Part shown: in pieces, positions 40,229 through 52,000 of the stretch | How positions within the stretch are numbered: position 1 is the first letter of the stretch | Layout of the letters: the number at the start of each line of letters is the position of its first letter | Source of the DNA: an uncultured Planctomycetia bacterium | GTDB lineage: Bacteria > Omnitrophota > Gorgyraeia > Tantalellales > Tantalellaceae | Direction of reading: 5' to 3' | Length of the DNA stretch: 64,000 nt | Assembly: GCA_964527765.1 (NCBI GenBank) | Contig: CAZGQR010000003.1 | Span: forward strand, 6,156-70,155 | Notes under the pieces: model-generated | Databases searched by the model: none | What the model was told of the DNA's origin: nothing | What the model saw: only the letters and a program-made list of their open reading frames with translations | Translations under genes and position numbers: made by a program

Positions 40229-41233
40229 TCATATGATCTCTACGCCTTTTCGCCCTTTGACGATTTTTCCTATTATCCAGCTTTTCAGCCTGAATTGTTT
40301 CTCAAGGCATTTTCCGGCCTTTTCCGCGTCTTTCGCCGAAAGGACCAGCGTCATGCCTATACCCATGTTGAACGTCCGGTAAAGCTCTTTTTCTTCCATG
40401 TCCGCTTTTTTGGATATGAGCCCGAAAACCTTCGGAACACGCCAGCTGCCTTTGTGGACAACCGCTTTCACGCCTTTCGGCAGCATCCTTGGTATGTTAT
40501 CGTAAAACCCGCCGCCTGTGATGTTCGCGACGCCTTTTATCTTTACCGAACGGGCTACCTCAAGAAACGGTTTCGCATAGATAAGAGTGGGCTTCAGAAA
40601 AAGCCTGTGATCCTTCTCCAGCTGCGACCTGGTAAACAGCTTCCTCACGAGCGAATACCCGTTAGAGTGGAGGCCGTTAGAAGCCATCCCGAGCAGAACG
40701 TCGCCGGGTCTGATCTTCTTCCCGTCAATAACTTTTTTCCTGTCCACCACGCCGACGGTAAAGCCGGCCAGGTCATATTCTCCTTCCGGATACATCCCGG
40801 GCATTTCCGCGGTCTCTCCCCCTAAAAGCGCGCATCCGGCATCGCGGCACCCCTTGATGATGCCTTTCAGGACATCGCTCCATGTTTTCCCGTCGAGTTT
40901 ACCGGTAGCGAAATAATCGAGGAAAAAGACGGGTTTCGCCCCGGAACAAAGCACATCGTTCACGCACATAGCCACCAGGTCTATGCCCACTGTGTCGTGT
41001 TTGCCCACGAACTGCGCGATCTTAAGTTTTGTCCCGACACCGTCGGTAGAAGCAACAAGAAGAGGGTCCTTGACGCCGGAGGGTGCGAGATCAAAAAATC
41101 CGCCAAAACCCCCTATGGAATCCATGCTCCCCTTTACCCTGGTCGTATCGATAAGCTTCTTCACGTTTTTTATAAGCCGGTTCGCTTTATCCATATCGAC
41201 CCCGGACTGCTTGTAGGTGATTTTTTTCTTCAT
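40229..41233 (-). CDS. purM: phosphoribosylformylglycinamidine cyclo-ligase
   Basis: YKQSGVD...GGFGG...DGVGTK. Confidence 0.9.
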   Translation of the reverse strand: MKKKITYKQSGVDMDKANRLIKNVKKLIDTTRVKGSMDSIGGFGGFFDLAPSGVKDPLLVASTDGVGTKLKIAQFVGKHDTVGIDLVAMCVNDVLCSGAKPVFFLDYFATGKLDGKTWSDVLKGIIKGCRDAGCALLGGETAEMPGMYPEGEYDLAGFTVGVVDRKKVIDGKKIRPGDVLLGMASNGLHSNGYSLVRKLFTRSQLEKDHRLFLKPTLIYAKPFLEVARSVKIKGVANITGGGFYDNIPRMLPKGVKAVVHKGSWRVPKVFGLISKKADMEEKELYRTFNMGIGMTLVLSAKDAEKAGKCLEKQFRLKSWIIGKIVKGRKGVEII

Positions 41234-41236
41234 GTG

Positions 41237-42529
41237 TTACAATCCTATTTTCTTGAAAATCTTATCGATGTGCCTGAGGTGATGATCGAGCCGGAAACAA
41301 TCCTCGACCTCGCCGCCGGACATGTACTTCTTGACCCTTTCGCTTCCAAGCACGGAGTCCTTGAAGTTCCCGTCCTCCTCGCTCGTTCTAAGGGCAAGGC
41401 CCTGCACGATCTCATACGCTTCCATGCGCGTGGCGCCTTTTTTGATAAGCTCAAGCAACAGCCGCTGCGAATAGATAAGTCCCCCCGTAGCTCCGATATT
41501 GTCCAGCATCTTTTCTTCATTCACGATGAGCGTGGAGATCAGGTTCGTTGTTTTATCCAGCGCGTAATCCAGTAGGATCGTGGAGTCGGGCACGATTATG
41601 CGCTCAACGGACGAATGTGAGATATCCCGTTCGTGCCACAGGGCCACGTTCTCCATGGCGGCGACCGCATTGCCCCTAAGCACCCTGGCCAGGCCCGTTA
41701 TCCGTTCGCAGATGATCGGATTCTTCTTATGCGGCATGCTGGAAGACCCGGTCTGGCGACGGGCGAAAAATTCCTGCACTTCGCCGATCTCCGTTCTCTG
41801 CAGTCCGCGTATCTCGACCGCTATTTTTTCCAGCGTCGCGCCGACGATCGCGATGGCGCTAAGATACTGGGCGTGCCTGTCCCTCTGCAGCACCTGACTG
41901 GATACTCCGGCGGGTTCTAAATGCAGTTTCCGGCATACATATTCCTCAACGGAAGGATCTACGTTGGCAAATGTCCCTACTGAACCGGATATCTTCCCGA
42001 CAGCGATAACATTTCTGGCTTCGCGCAATCTTTTCAGATTGCGTTCCATCTCTTTATAAAAAAGCGCCATCTTGAGGCCGAATGAAGTGGGTTCGGCGTG
42101 CACTCCGTGCGAGCGCCCGACCATGGGAGTATTCTTGAATTTCAGGGCCTTTTCTTTCAGGGCCGCCATGAGCCCTTCCGCGTCCTTTATGAGAATATCC
42201 ATGGCTTCCGCCATCATAACGGAAAGAGCCGTATCCAGGATATCGCTGGAAGTCAGGCCAAAATGAAGATATTTGGCGTCTTCGCCTACGTTTTCGGATA
42301 TATTCCTGATAAAAGCGACTACATCGTGGTGGGTTTCGCTCTCGATCTCTTTGATCCGCCCGACATCAAAATCGGCCTTCTCCCTGATGGTCTTTACCGC
42401 TTCTTTAGGGATCAGGCCCTGCCTGGCAAACGCTTCACAGGCCAATATCTCGATATCAAGCATCTTGCGAAATTTGTTCCCGTCCGCCCATATTCTGGCC
42501 ATTTCCGGACGCGTGTATCGCTCTATCAT
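41237..42529 (-). CDS. purB: adenylosuccinate lyase
   Basis: MIERYTRPEM...; fumarate-lyase signature GSSSMPHKKNP. Confidence 0.9.
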   Translation of the reverse strand: MIERYTRPEMARIWADGNKFRKMLDIEILACEAFARQGLIPKEAVKTIREKADFDVGRIKEIESETHHDVVAFIRNISENVGEDAKYLHFGLTSSDILDTALSVMMAEAMDILIKDAEGLMAALKEKALKFKNTPMVGRSHGVHAEPTSFGLKMALFYKEMERNLKRLREARNVIAVGKISGSVGTFANVDPSVEEYVCRKLHLEPAGVSSQVLQRDRHAQYLSAIAIVGATLEKIAVEIRGLQRTEIGEVQEFFARRQTGSSSMPHKKNPIICERITGLARVLRGNAVAAMENVALWHERDISHSSVERIIVPDSTILLDYALDKTTNLISTLIVNEEKMLDNIGATGGLIYSQRLLLELIKKGATRMEAYEIVQGLALRTSEEDGNFKDSVLGSERVKKYMSGGEVEDCFRLDHHLRHIDKIFKKIGL

Positions 42530-42659
42530 GTTTTTCTCCCCTGTTATCGAGAAAAAACGGACATTGGGTCTCAACCGGAGTATTTTTTATAGCATATATA
42601 ATATCCTCTGTCAATAAGTCAGTTTTTGGGCCTTGCGGCGGCGGCGGATAAAAAACAGC

Positions 42660-42688
42660 TTGCCTCTACATGCCAGATTTGTTATAAT
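42660..42688 (+). promoter_or_regulatory. near-consensus sigma70 promoter TTGCCT-N17-TATAAT driving tRNA-fMet
   Basis: -35 at 42660-42665, -10 at 42683-42688, 29 nt upstream of the tRNA 5' end. Confidence 0.5.
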
Positions 42689-42717
42689 CTCCATTCATTG
42701 TGAGTTTAATTCTATCG

Positions 42718-42792
42718 CGCGGGGTGGAGCAGAGGTAGCTCGTGAGGCTCATAACCTCAAGGTCGGCGGTTCGATTCCGCCCCCCGCAACCA
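42718..42792 (+). tRNA. initiator tRNA-Met (anticodon CAU), CCA encoded
   Basis: CGCGGGG...CCCCGCA acceptor with a C1:A72 mismatch and the CTCATAA anticodon loop. Near-identical in architecture to E. coli tRNA-fMet. Confidence 0.85.
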
Positions 42793-42805
42793 ACTTCACC
42801 AACCT

Positions 42806-43018
42806 CAGGGACGTTTCTCATTTTGTTCCTAGACCGTAAATTATTTTACTCCCAGACCTGTCCCTAAATTTGTTCTCAGACCTGTCCCTCTACTTATTCT
42901 CTAAATTATTGGGGACAGGTCTGAGATTGGCCTTGGGGACGGGTCTGAGATTGAATCTGGGGACAAATCTAGGTTTAGGATTTTGTGCGGTCTAGGTTTG
43001 ATTTGAAAAACGTCCCTG
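42806..43018. repeat. 213-bp element, bounded by inverted repeats, containing a complex repeat array
   Basis: 11-bp perfect IR CAGGGACGTTT/AAACGTCCCTG at the ends. Inside are two or three direct copies of yCAGACCTGTCCCT and three or four inverted copies GGGGACrGGTCTGAGATTG. The element fills exactly the gap between the tRNA-fMet 3' end and the giant-ORF stop. Confidence 0.6.
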
Positions 43019-43019
43019 A

Positions 43020-46000
43020 TTATGCTGCGGTGCGGATTTTTGTTTCCTGGGTTCTATATCTTTCACGCAGTTCTTCGAATTCGACAGGTATCGCTTTTGG
43101 AAGGATGAAAATGTAGATGTCGGGGAATCTTTCGTCTTTCTTTACTGTTATGCCAAAGTCCCCGCTGTCTATACCCGGATCAAAGGCAAGCTCAAAAGCC
43201 AGCGTCAGCATTTCCATGATATAACTGTAAGTATTTTCGGTCAAATTCCTATTGTCCACCCCCGCCAGGAAAATGTCCTTATCTTTTCTCAGGGCCTCGA
43301 ATTCCCCGGAGGTAACGGTATTTTCATGGGATAACACTATGACTTTCGCGTCTTCATTACCCTTCTTGGCTTTTTCGGTCTTTACGGCTGTCAGCAGGTC
43401 TTTATCTTCCCTGTCTATAAAAATTATGTTCTGCGACTTGCAGAAACCCCTTAAGGCCATTATCAGGCGGTTCAGGACCTGGTGCTGGAGAGATCCTTTC
43501 TTTTCATATCCTCTTATCCAATCCGTCCCGAGAGCAAAAATAACTTTCTCACCCGGTTTTTTCCTTTCAAATGCCCGGACAATAGCGGTATCAATAAAAT
43601 CCTGAGCGATCTTTGCATCCCTGTCAATAGCGTGCTCCTTTTCCCTGTCCTCGGCTTTGGCCCGCTCGGAACTGGGCGGCATAATGGATCGCCACTCCTT
43701 CAGTTGCCTGAACCCTTTAACATCATTTTTAAACCCTTTATAGCCGTACATTATGGTGAACAGCGCATCCGGCCGCGTATATCCTTCTTTGCGCGGCAGG
43801 ACCGCGGCAATCACCGCCTTATTCTTCACGACATGGAAGTTCTCGACCAAATCGCGCGCCTTTGCCTTTTCCTCTTTGAAAAACTCTTCCGGGAGAATAA
43901 ACCCTTCCTCTGCGATACGCCTGAGATATGTCTCGTACCCGCCCCCTCTCAGGGAAACCAGATAAAGAAATATGCCGTATTTCTCTATAATCTTCTCCGG
44001 GATGCCTTTTTTCTCCAGCTCTTCCCTGAACCCATCAAAACCGACAGCCGGACTGAACGTGCTTATATAAGGAACGTCATCAAAATGTGCTTTTGCTTTA
44101 TCTATAAACATCTGACCAAGGTTTATATTCCGGGTGGCATCGTCTTTTGAGGATCCTATCGCCCAGAAAAGAAGCGTATCAAAAGGACCTTTACCGGATT
44201 TTCCGCTGAACATGTTATCCCATAAAGGATATTCTTCGATTTTTGCAAGTTCGCCTCCCGTATTAAGCGGATAAGTAAGAAGAACGCCCCTGACCGGCTT
44301 TTCGATCCCCTTGATCTTCAATAGATAGACCATTTTTTGCCGTATAAGGTGCCGCATTTGCTCTTTTGTCAGTTGTAAAAATTTGCTCCTCACCCAGGAC
44401 TCGTTATGGACGGAAAGAGCCTCGTCCAGTTCGGCTGCACCGGCCTGCGTGATCTCCGTTACTTCCCAGTTTATTATGTTGCATAGTGATCTGCCTAATC
44501 GCCCTTCGTACAATTTCGATTCATCCGGCGAGGCAATTGTCCGGAAAAGATATTCGTCAACCAGTTCCGGCGGCCCGTGATTCTGCAACCAGGCGATCAC
44601 ATCGGTGGCAAGAAAGAGTTCCCCGGCTTCCGCATCGTTCCGGTACAGGATAAAATCATCGGGTGATTCCATTATGGACTTAAAGCCGTATATCTTATAT
44701 TCCTTCAGCTTCTCCAGCTGATCCTGCAATCGGCTTCTGTCTTCATGGGATAATTCTTCTCCTTTCAGGGCATCTTTAAACAAGCTGATTATTTTATCCT
44801 TATATTGCCCGGTAATATCGTTCTGTCTCGTTTCCGAAAGCTGAGACCTGAATTTCCCGCGGGCCCCTGCGGTTTCGTCGTCCGCGCGGAGGTTATCTTC
44901 CTCGGGCTGCGGAAGGGGAAGATTCGGCACGGTCACCGGACCTTCGAAGGGAACCATCCCGTTTGGCCCGTATTTGATCACAAAATCATTGGGCTCAATG
45001 CCGAATTCGCGCAGTTTCGAGACAAGCCCCAGTTCCTTCATCAGGTCAAACGTGGCTTTCTGATTTCTGGAAAACCGGAATATCAACGTCAGGGTATCTT
45101 CCAGCCTTTCCTTCATATAAGGATCTTCTTCCCATTGATAAGTTTCGGCGCATTCCTTTATCAGCTTTTTGGTCTGCGGCGTAAGTTCAAGATCAAATAG
45201 ATCGATAAATTGGACAGCCCGTAAAAATTGCGGCATGTGCAGGTTCTCCGGCGCTATTTTTTCTTTCTCGCCTGTCTTTTTGCCTACCAGGCGCGCCGCT
45301 TTCCTCTTGAAATCCGCTATCCCCCCGTGTATATCTATGAGTTCTATCTCATCCCCTACTATCTTGAATCCGATCCTGTTCATGGACAGATCCGCCATCG
45401 GATCCGGCTCTATGTTGCCTTCTTCGTCAAGCACGCCCAGAACATCTATCGGAAAACCCCGGAAATTAAGGAACGCTTTTTCGAAGAGCCTGTAGGGAAT
45501 ATCCTCCACTTCTATCCTGTTACCTGCCTTGCTCAGCGCAAATGCAAGGTCGGACATGGTATCCCACGTGTTTACGCCCGTCTTTTCCTGTATGGCCTCT
45601 TTTTCAATAACAATGTCAAAATCCGACGGCGTCTTGTTAAGCAATAAGCTCCTTACCGCGCCGCCATAGATGATAATGCGGCTCAGGTCATTTCTCCTGA
45701 GGAACTGTAAAAATGTCTTAACTATTCCTTCCGGAAGCTCGTCGATCCTGAACCTGCTGCCATGGCCTAGATCTTTTCTTTCCATCAAAGGCAGTTTCCT
45801 GGGCCTGGTAAGAAATTCTTCCCTCTGAAGTTCTATCTCTTCATCCAGCGTTGCCGCGAATTCCCAGGCCTTGTCGGGCTCGAAAATGAACCATTCAAGA
45901 AAGTCCGGCGAATGCGTTGTCTGCATCCCGATGATCTTGAAGAAGGCCCTTCTCGCCTGGGGACGGATGAACACCCTGCCTTCCCCGCCTTCCCTCAAGC

Positions 46001-49000
46001 TTATGTTGATCAGGCTTTCGACCATCCGTCTGCCGACGCCCCTTAACTTTCTTCCTTCCTTTTCCCTTTCCGTATTATGGCGGGCGACCTCCAGGATCTT
46101 GATGCAAACACCGGGGCCCAGACCATACCTTCCTTCCCTGTCCATCTCATAGACGCATAATGCCTCCAGTATCCCTTTCGCGGTATAGGCCTTCAGGACT
46201 TTGTATTTTTCGTCAACGTTCTTCCATTGATCGTCTTTTTTCATGAACTGCGTGAACCATCGGAACATCTTGGTGTATTCGCCCTGTATGAGCTGATGCA
46301 CCTCATCGGAATCCGCCGGCTCTATCCAGATCTTTATCCTGTCCCCGCTTTTGGCCCCCATGACGAAAGTGGATACTGCGCCTTCCTCTCTTTCCTGCGC
46401 TTTCTCCTTTTCTTCCGGCTGATGAGAAATGGGCGTTTCGAACTGTTGGGAAGGAAACATGGTAACGGATATTTTTGTCTCGTTCGGGTCCGATTCGAAG
46501 AGGTCGGCATGGTTCCCGGCCGGGTCATGATAATACCTTACGCCTTTGCCCCTGCTGGCGCCTTCCACCGTAATGTCATCGATCCGCCCGAGGCGCCTGA
46601 GGCCCGACAGAAAAACACCTCTCACCGATTCAAGGGTGCTCTCCGGGGACACATATTTTCTTCTTACCCGTGGTTTTTCAAACGCATCGGGCACCGGTAT
46701 GCCCCTGCCGCGGTCCACGGCCATGATACGCACGCCCACCGTGCCGTCCGCCCTTTTGACCTTTTCGATCCTGAAATAGAAATCAGCTTCGGGCTGCGCG
46801 AGTGAAACGAACTCCTGCATGTTCTTGACCAGCTCACCGAACAGAAATTCCGCCAGTTGCGCGCGGTTGCGGAAATCCTGCGGAACGACCGGCGCAACGC
46901 CCGGGTCAAAGCCGATGGGTTCCCTGGCATCCCCGGGGCTTAAGGCCTTGAACATCTCCATTGCCTTGCGGTTTTTGGCATCAACGGTCGGGCGGCGCAA
47001 AGGCGATTCCGCTTCTTCCTTGGTTACGACGACTGAATCCAGAACCGAAAGATCTTCGGGCGGCTGTGCGTGACGGGAAACTATATATTTTTTCTCGAAT
47101 TCGCCCTGGTCAAGTCCGGATCGACCGGAGAGACGCTCCTCTATTATATCCCTCAAAGCCTTTCCCAATAATCCCTTGTACGGGGTGAATTTAAGCTGCT
47201 CCTGAAGTTTTCTTTTATCGGGATAATTGTCGGGAAAAAGGTCCTGCTGGACTAAAATGGCGTTGTAATGGCCCAGGAAGGGGCAGAGAAGTTCGTGCAG
47301 CAGATATTCGTCGACAATGGCCGGAGAACCGCGGTTTTCCAGTTCGGTAATAACATCAGTGGCAAAGAACAGTTCTTCTCCTTCATCATTCCGCCCCAGG
47401 AAAAAATCGTCCGGTCCGTTTACAATAGACTCAAAGCCGTATATCCTGGTCTTCCCTTTCCGCAGTCCCTCCAGCAGGCCCTTCAGGGATATTCTCTCGT
47501 ACTGCGGTATCTCAAGCTGCGGCAGGTCGATCATGCCCGATAACCGTACTATCCTGTCCCTGTATTCGTCCGTAATATCGTTCTTTTTGATATCATCAAG
47601 CCGTGACAGGAATTCTTTCAGCGGATACACGCCCTGCCATATAAAACCGTCGGGCCCCGCATTGCCGGGCATTATTGCCGAAAATGCTTTCTTCAATCTC
47701 GTGTTTTTGGCAATTCTATCTATGATATTCTTGCAGACCCCAAGGACCGAAGATTCGCTCATGCCATACCTGTCCATCAACTCCCTGGTTGTGTCATCAT
47801 CAAAATACTTTTCCTTGAAGATCTGTATATCCCTTTCCTTGTGCCTGGTATCCGGAAGGACCTCCTTCAGAAGGTCCAGAAGCTCCTTTATTTCTTCATC
47901 GGTCAGCGCCGTGAGCCGACCTCTGCGGAAAATATGATCGGCATCTTCCTTAATGGGACCGGTCAGACTTACTTCTCTATTCCTTTTGAGGCGCCTGTAA
48001 TGATCCATTAAGGCATTTTGGAAAGCCGCCTGAAAATACGGCACGAATATCTCGTGCTTGTGATCTCCGAACGCCAGCACCGTCTTCATGAGAACATCGT
48101 TCAGAAGGTCGGACAGGCCGTGATCCCCGATATCATCCTTATGATTATTCATTACGCCCTGCACGGCATGTTTGCATACGGCATGAAGAGCGACGAAACT
48201 GGCCTTGTTGCCCGTTTCCGCATCCAGGGCCAAGGCGACTATATCGGCGTTGGTTAAGCTGCCAAAATGCCGTTTGACAAATTTTTCAAGGCCGTGGGGC
48301 AGATCTTCGTATCCCCTGTACCTGTGCAACAGCTCCTTCGTCTTTGACCAGCTGTCCTCTGTAAACCTGAGCTCCTTTCTTCTTAAGGGCAGGAGGTTCC
48401 TTATCCCCAGATGTTTCTTGATTATTCTGAGAGCCCTGTGAAAAGAACCTCTGCCGGAAAGCCCGTTCATTCTCACGTAAAACGTTAGAAGGCCGGACAG
48501 TGATTTGCCGCCGAACGCCTCAAGCTGTTTGGCAAGATCGACCGTATCCACTTCCCCGGATTTTTTACCCGCCTCCCGCGCAAGTATTTCCACAAGATGA
48601 CGGCGGGCCTCCTTCATTACCCTGGGCCACCTGATCTTCTTTTTCCTGAATTCTTCCAGCACGGTGTCGGGGCCTATAATTATGCCGCCTTTTTCAAGCT
48701 TTTCTCTGGCGGCTTTTGTCTCGGCGCTGGCGGGTTTTGCGCCAAGATCCTTAAGGATGGATGTTACGATCTCCAATTCAACAGGTTTCAAGACCATCGC
48801 CCGGTATACCGCGCCCCTGCCGCTCCCTTTTCTTTCCACAAGGCCGAGACGGTCCAGCACCCCCAGGTCGCGTTTTATTGTATGTTCCATCGACAGGCCG
48901 CTCTTTCCGGCGATATCCTGAGCCGAAATAAATCTGTTTTCCGCCCTGAGGATCTCGAACGTGTTGTAGGGCGAGCCTTCGGAGGTCGGCGGCACTGCGC

Positions 49001-52000
49001 CGGGCTCCGGGCGCTTTTTGCCGATCATGATGCCGTCCACTTCCTTTATAAGCTCGGTCAGAAGTCTATCGCCGGCGTTTTCCTTCTCGGATAGTTCCTT
49101 GTACTTTTTTAAGGCCCTTACCAGCTTATTGATTTTTCTCGTCGGTTTTCTTCTCTTTTTGTCGGGCAGTTTGCGGAACGTCGATTTTATGCTCTCCAGC
49201 AGAGTGACACACAGGGCATATACATCGTCCCTGGGCAGGCAAAGTTCTCTTGTCGGGGTATCTTCGGCTTTGACCCTGTTGATCCTGTCCCCGCTCATGT
49301 AATACCCTTTGGTGAACCATTTCCGGATCTTGTTTATCCTTCCCCCCTTGTCCAGCGGGGTCACGGTGTCATTATCGACATACACCACTCTTTTTAACGC
49401 TCCGTTATCTTCCACGGCCATGATCGCGGTGGGGTCGATATCGCCGTGAACATACCCGTTATTCAAGTAGGTCTGCCTGTATCCTTTCAGGGTCTTTTCC
49501 GCCAGGTCAAGAAAGGCCGATTCTACGGCACGAAGGGGCCTCAGGCGCAGCGCCCTGGCATGATCTTCCAGGGTCCTGCCGTCAATGAATTCAAAAAGAG
49601 GCACTTTCTTGCTTGAAAACCCGTCCATGCCGTCCGTGGGGACCAGGCCGATGAACTTGGGCAGGCAGGGGTTTGTATTCGCGGGGTTTATGAAGGAAAG
49701 GATCTCGACCTGAGGCAGCAGGAAGATCTCCAAATTGCCGTGCCGATGGCCATACAATGTCGAATCTTTCGTAATATAATAATTGCCCTTTTTGAGCTCT
49801 ATCGCGTTGGTGAGGATCTTATCTTCCCCGACATATTCGTATTTCCGCAACACGGAATTGCCCGTTTTAATAAGCCCGGTAAATTTAAAATCTCTTTCAA
49901 AATTCCTTATGCGGGGGACCCTGCTGACCGCTTTCCGGACCGCCTGAACATCCTTTTCGGGGGGTGCGGCGCTAAGCGTGATAATGGAAAATAAACGTCG
50001 GCGGAGCCTTTCCTTTGCTGCTCGTTTTTCCCCGGCGGAAGGCCGCGGGCCGAGCTTTTTAAGGACGGGTTCCGCGATCTCCCATCCTGCCGGGCTCAGT
50101 TCCATCGCCCTGAATATGGCGTAATCGCCTTCACCGTCCTTTTCGACCAGACCGAGAAAAACGAGTGTCCCCAGGTCGCGTTTTACCACTTCAAGCGAAA
50201 GATGCCCGTCTGGCATCCCTCCTTTCGTTTCCAGCCGGATCTGCTCGGCAAAGGCAAAGCCTTCTTTTGCCCGCAGGATCTCGAACATGCTGCATGGAGA
50301 GCCTTCGGCAGGCGGATCTTCACGCTGCAAACCATCTCCCCTGCCCGATCTCGCCTTCTCCTTGGAAATTATATAGGCCCTTGAATTGCTGACCAGGCCG
50401 AATGAGTCTGCGGAAACCGCCAGTCCCGTTTTTTCGCTCAGCAGTTCCTCCACATACTTCAAGTAGCTGTTGACCAGAACCGCTTTGCCGCCATCGGTCA
50501 TATGTTCAGCTATATTTGCGGCGACCCGCTTCAGGACCGCTTCGCCAAAGTCCTTTACGTTCCTGTCATCGGGCGTTATCAGCCCGGTACCCAGGTCCAC
50601 ACTGCTCCCGTGCGGCATGGTTATATGCGGCATGTTGAATATGATAAGGTCATACTGACCCAGCCCGTCGAACAGGTCATTGCGAAAGGCGTTTACCCTG
50701 CTCCCGGCGCCTCCCAAAGAACAGGTGAGCTTCGTGTTCTCCACCGCCATCTCTTTTATGTCCACCGCGTCTACAAAAGCCCCTTTCTCGGCGGCTATGC
50801 GGGCCTCAAGCCCGCTGCCCGTCCCGATGACCAGCACCTTCATCCCGGGTTTGGCGTATTTTAAGGCGGCTTTCGCGCTTACTTCGCTTGAGGGGTTGAC
50901 GCCGGTATAAACACCCGGCAGAACAGGAATGCTTAAAACCGTCATACCCGGCGGGTATGCTTTGCCGTCGGTGGGCGGGGCGGACTTTATCTCGATCAAT
51001 TCTCCGGAATTATCGAACATGGCATACGCGTAAGCGGACTTAAGAACCCGGGGCCAGAAATCGGGGAACAATTTCTTCTTTCTTTTTTTCGCGGATTCCG
51101 CTTTCCTCTTGTCGCTGTCCCCGTAATAAACGGACAGGTCTATGACCACGGGGTCCTTGCCTGTTCTTTGCAGGCTTAAAAACAGAGGTTTATCGTTATG
51201 GTTCACTATCGACAGGGCCCCTTCCAGCTCATCCTTCTCCAAGACCCTGAATGCCGTCCTGATCGCGTAACTGTTGAGTTTTTCCAGCGGCACCTCGGCA
51301 ATGTCGAACCCTTTTTCCCTTCGCCACTCCAGTTTCGCGGGAACAATACCCAATGCCCTGAAGATCCTGCTCGCGACTTCAGAAAATTCCGCGGGCGGCT
51401 GGATCAGGTGAAATTCCAGCGTTATCATCGTGCCGGCAGTGATATCGCTCGTGCCGCTCTGGGCGAACCAGAGCCCGGCATTCTCGTCCGTGCTGATCCC
51501 GGTCCACTTCTCGCCATACGCTTTTCTGCCTTTCGACTCGATCACGACATGATCCGGATCGAACGCTATCCTTTTGAAGCCGAAGCCCCTGAGCGCGCCT
51601 TCCGCGGCTTTGATGCTGTCCCTGACCAGTTCGTTCGGATCACGCGTCAGGCCTTCTCCGTTATCCACGGCAACGATCTTCAGGCCGGTGATCGCGCCGG
51701 ACTTGTCCCTTCCGGCGTACACCCGGATGACACCTCCCCTGCCGTGTTCCATGATATTGCGCGCCAGCTCGTTGAGAACGTCGTCTATGCTGACTCTTTT
51801 ACCTTCCGGAACTTCTTCGATGCTCTTGATGAATTTTCTTATTTCGCCGGACACAAAATCCTCATGGGCTTCGGTAATAATGCCCGGCATCTCAAGCTCA
51901 AACACGGGTCCGGCCGGGTCGGGGGCCTTGCGTTTTATCCCCGCCCATTTCCTTGCCACGACCTTGGTGCCCCCGTGCTCCATTTCCGCGTCCCTGGCCT

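Noticed and set aside
39094-40236. 380-aa plus-strand ORF
   Set aside because: Antisense to purD, which has unambiguous ATP-grasp motifs on the minus strand.
42806-43018. Possible CRISPR array suggested by repeated GGGGACAGGTCTGAGATTG units
   Set aside because: Repeats are imperfect, mixed direct and inverted, and irregularly spaced with no unique spacers of uniform length. No cas genes anywhere in the window.
42600-43100. Integrated mobile element or prophage at tRNA-fMet (and at tRNA-Gln, 22685-22758)
   Set aside because: No integrase, transposase or phage-like ORF is present next to either tRNA. The flanking genes are ordinary housekeeping genes (purB, glmU, spoVG). Only the small IR-bounded repeat element remains unexplained.
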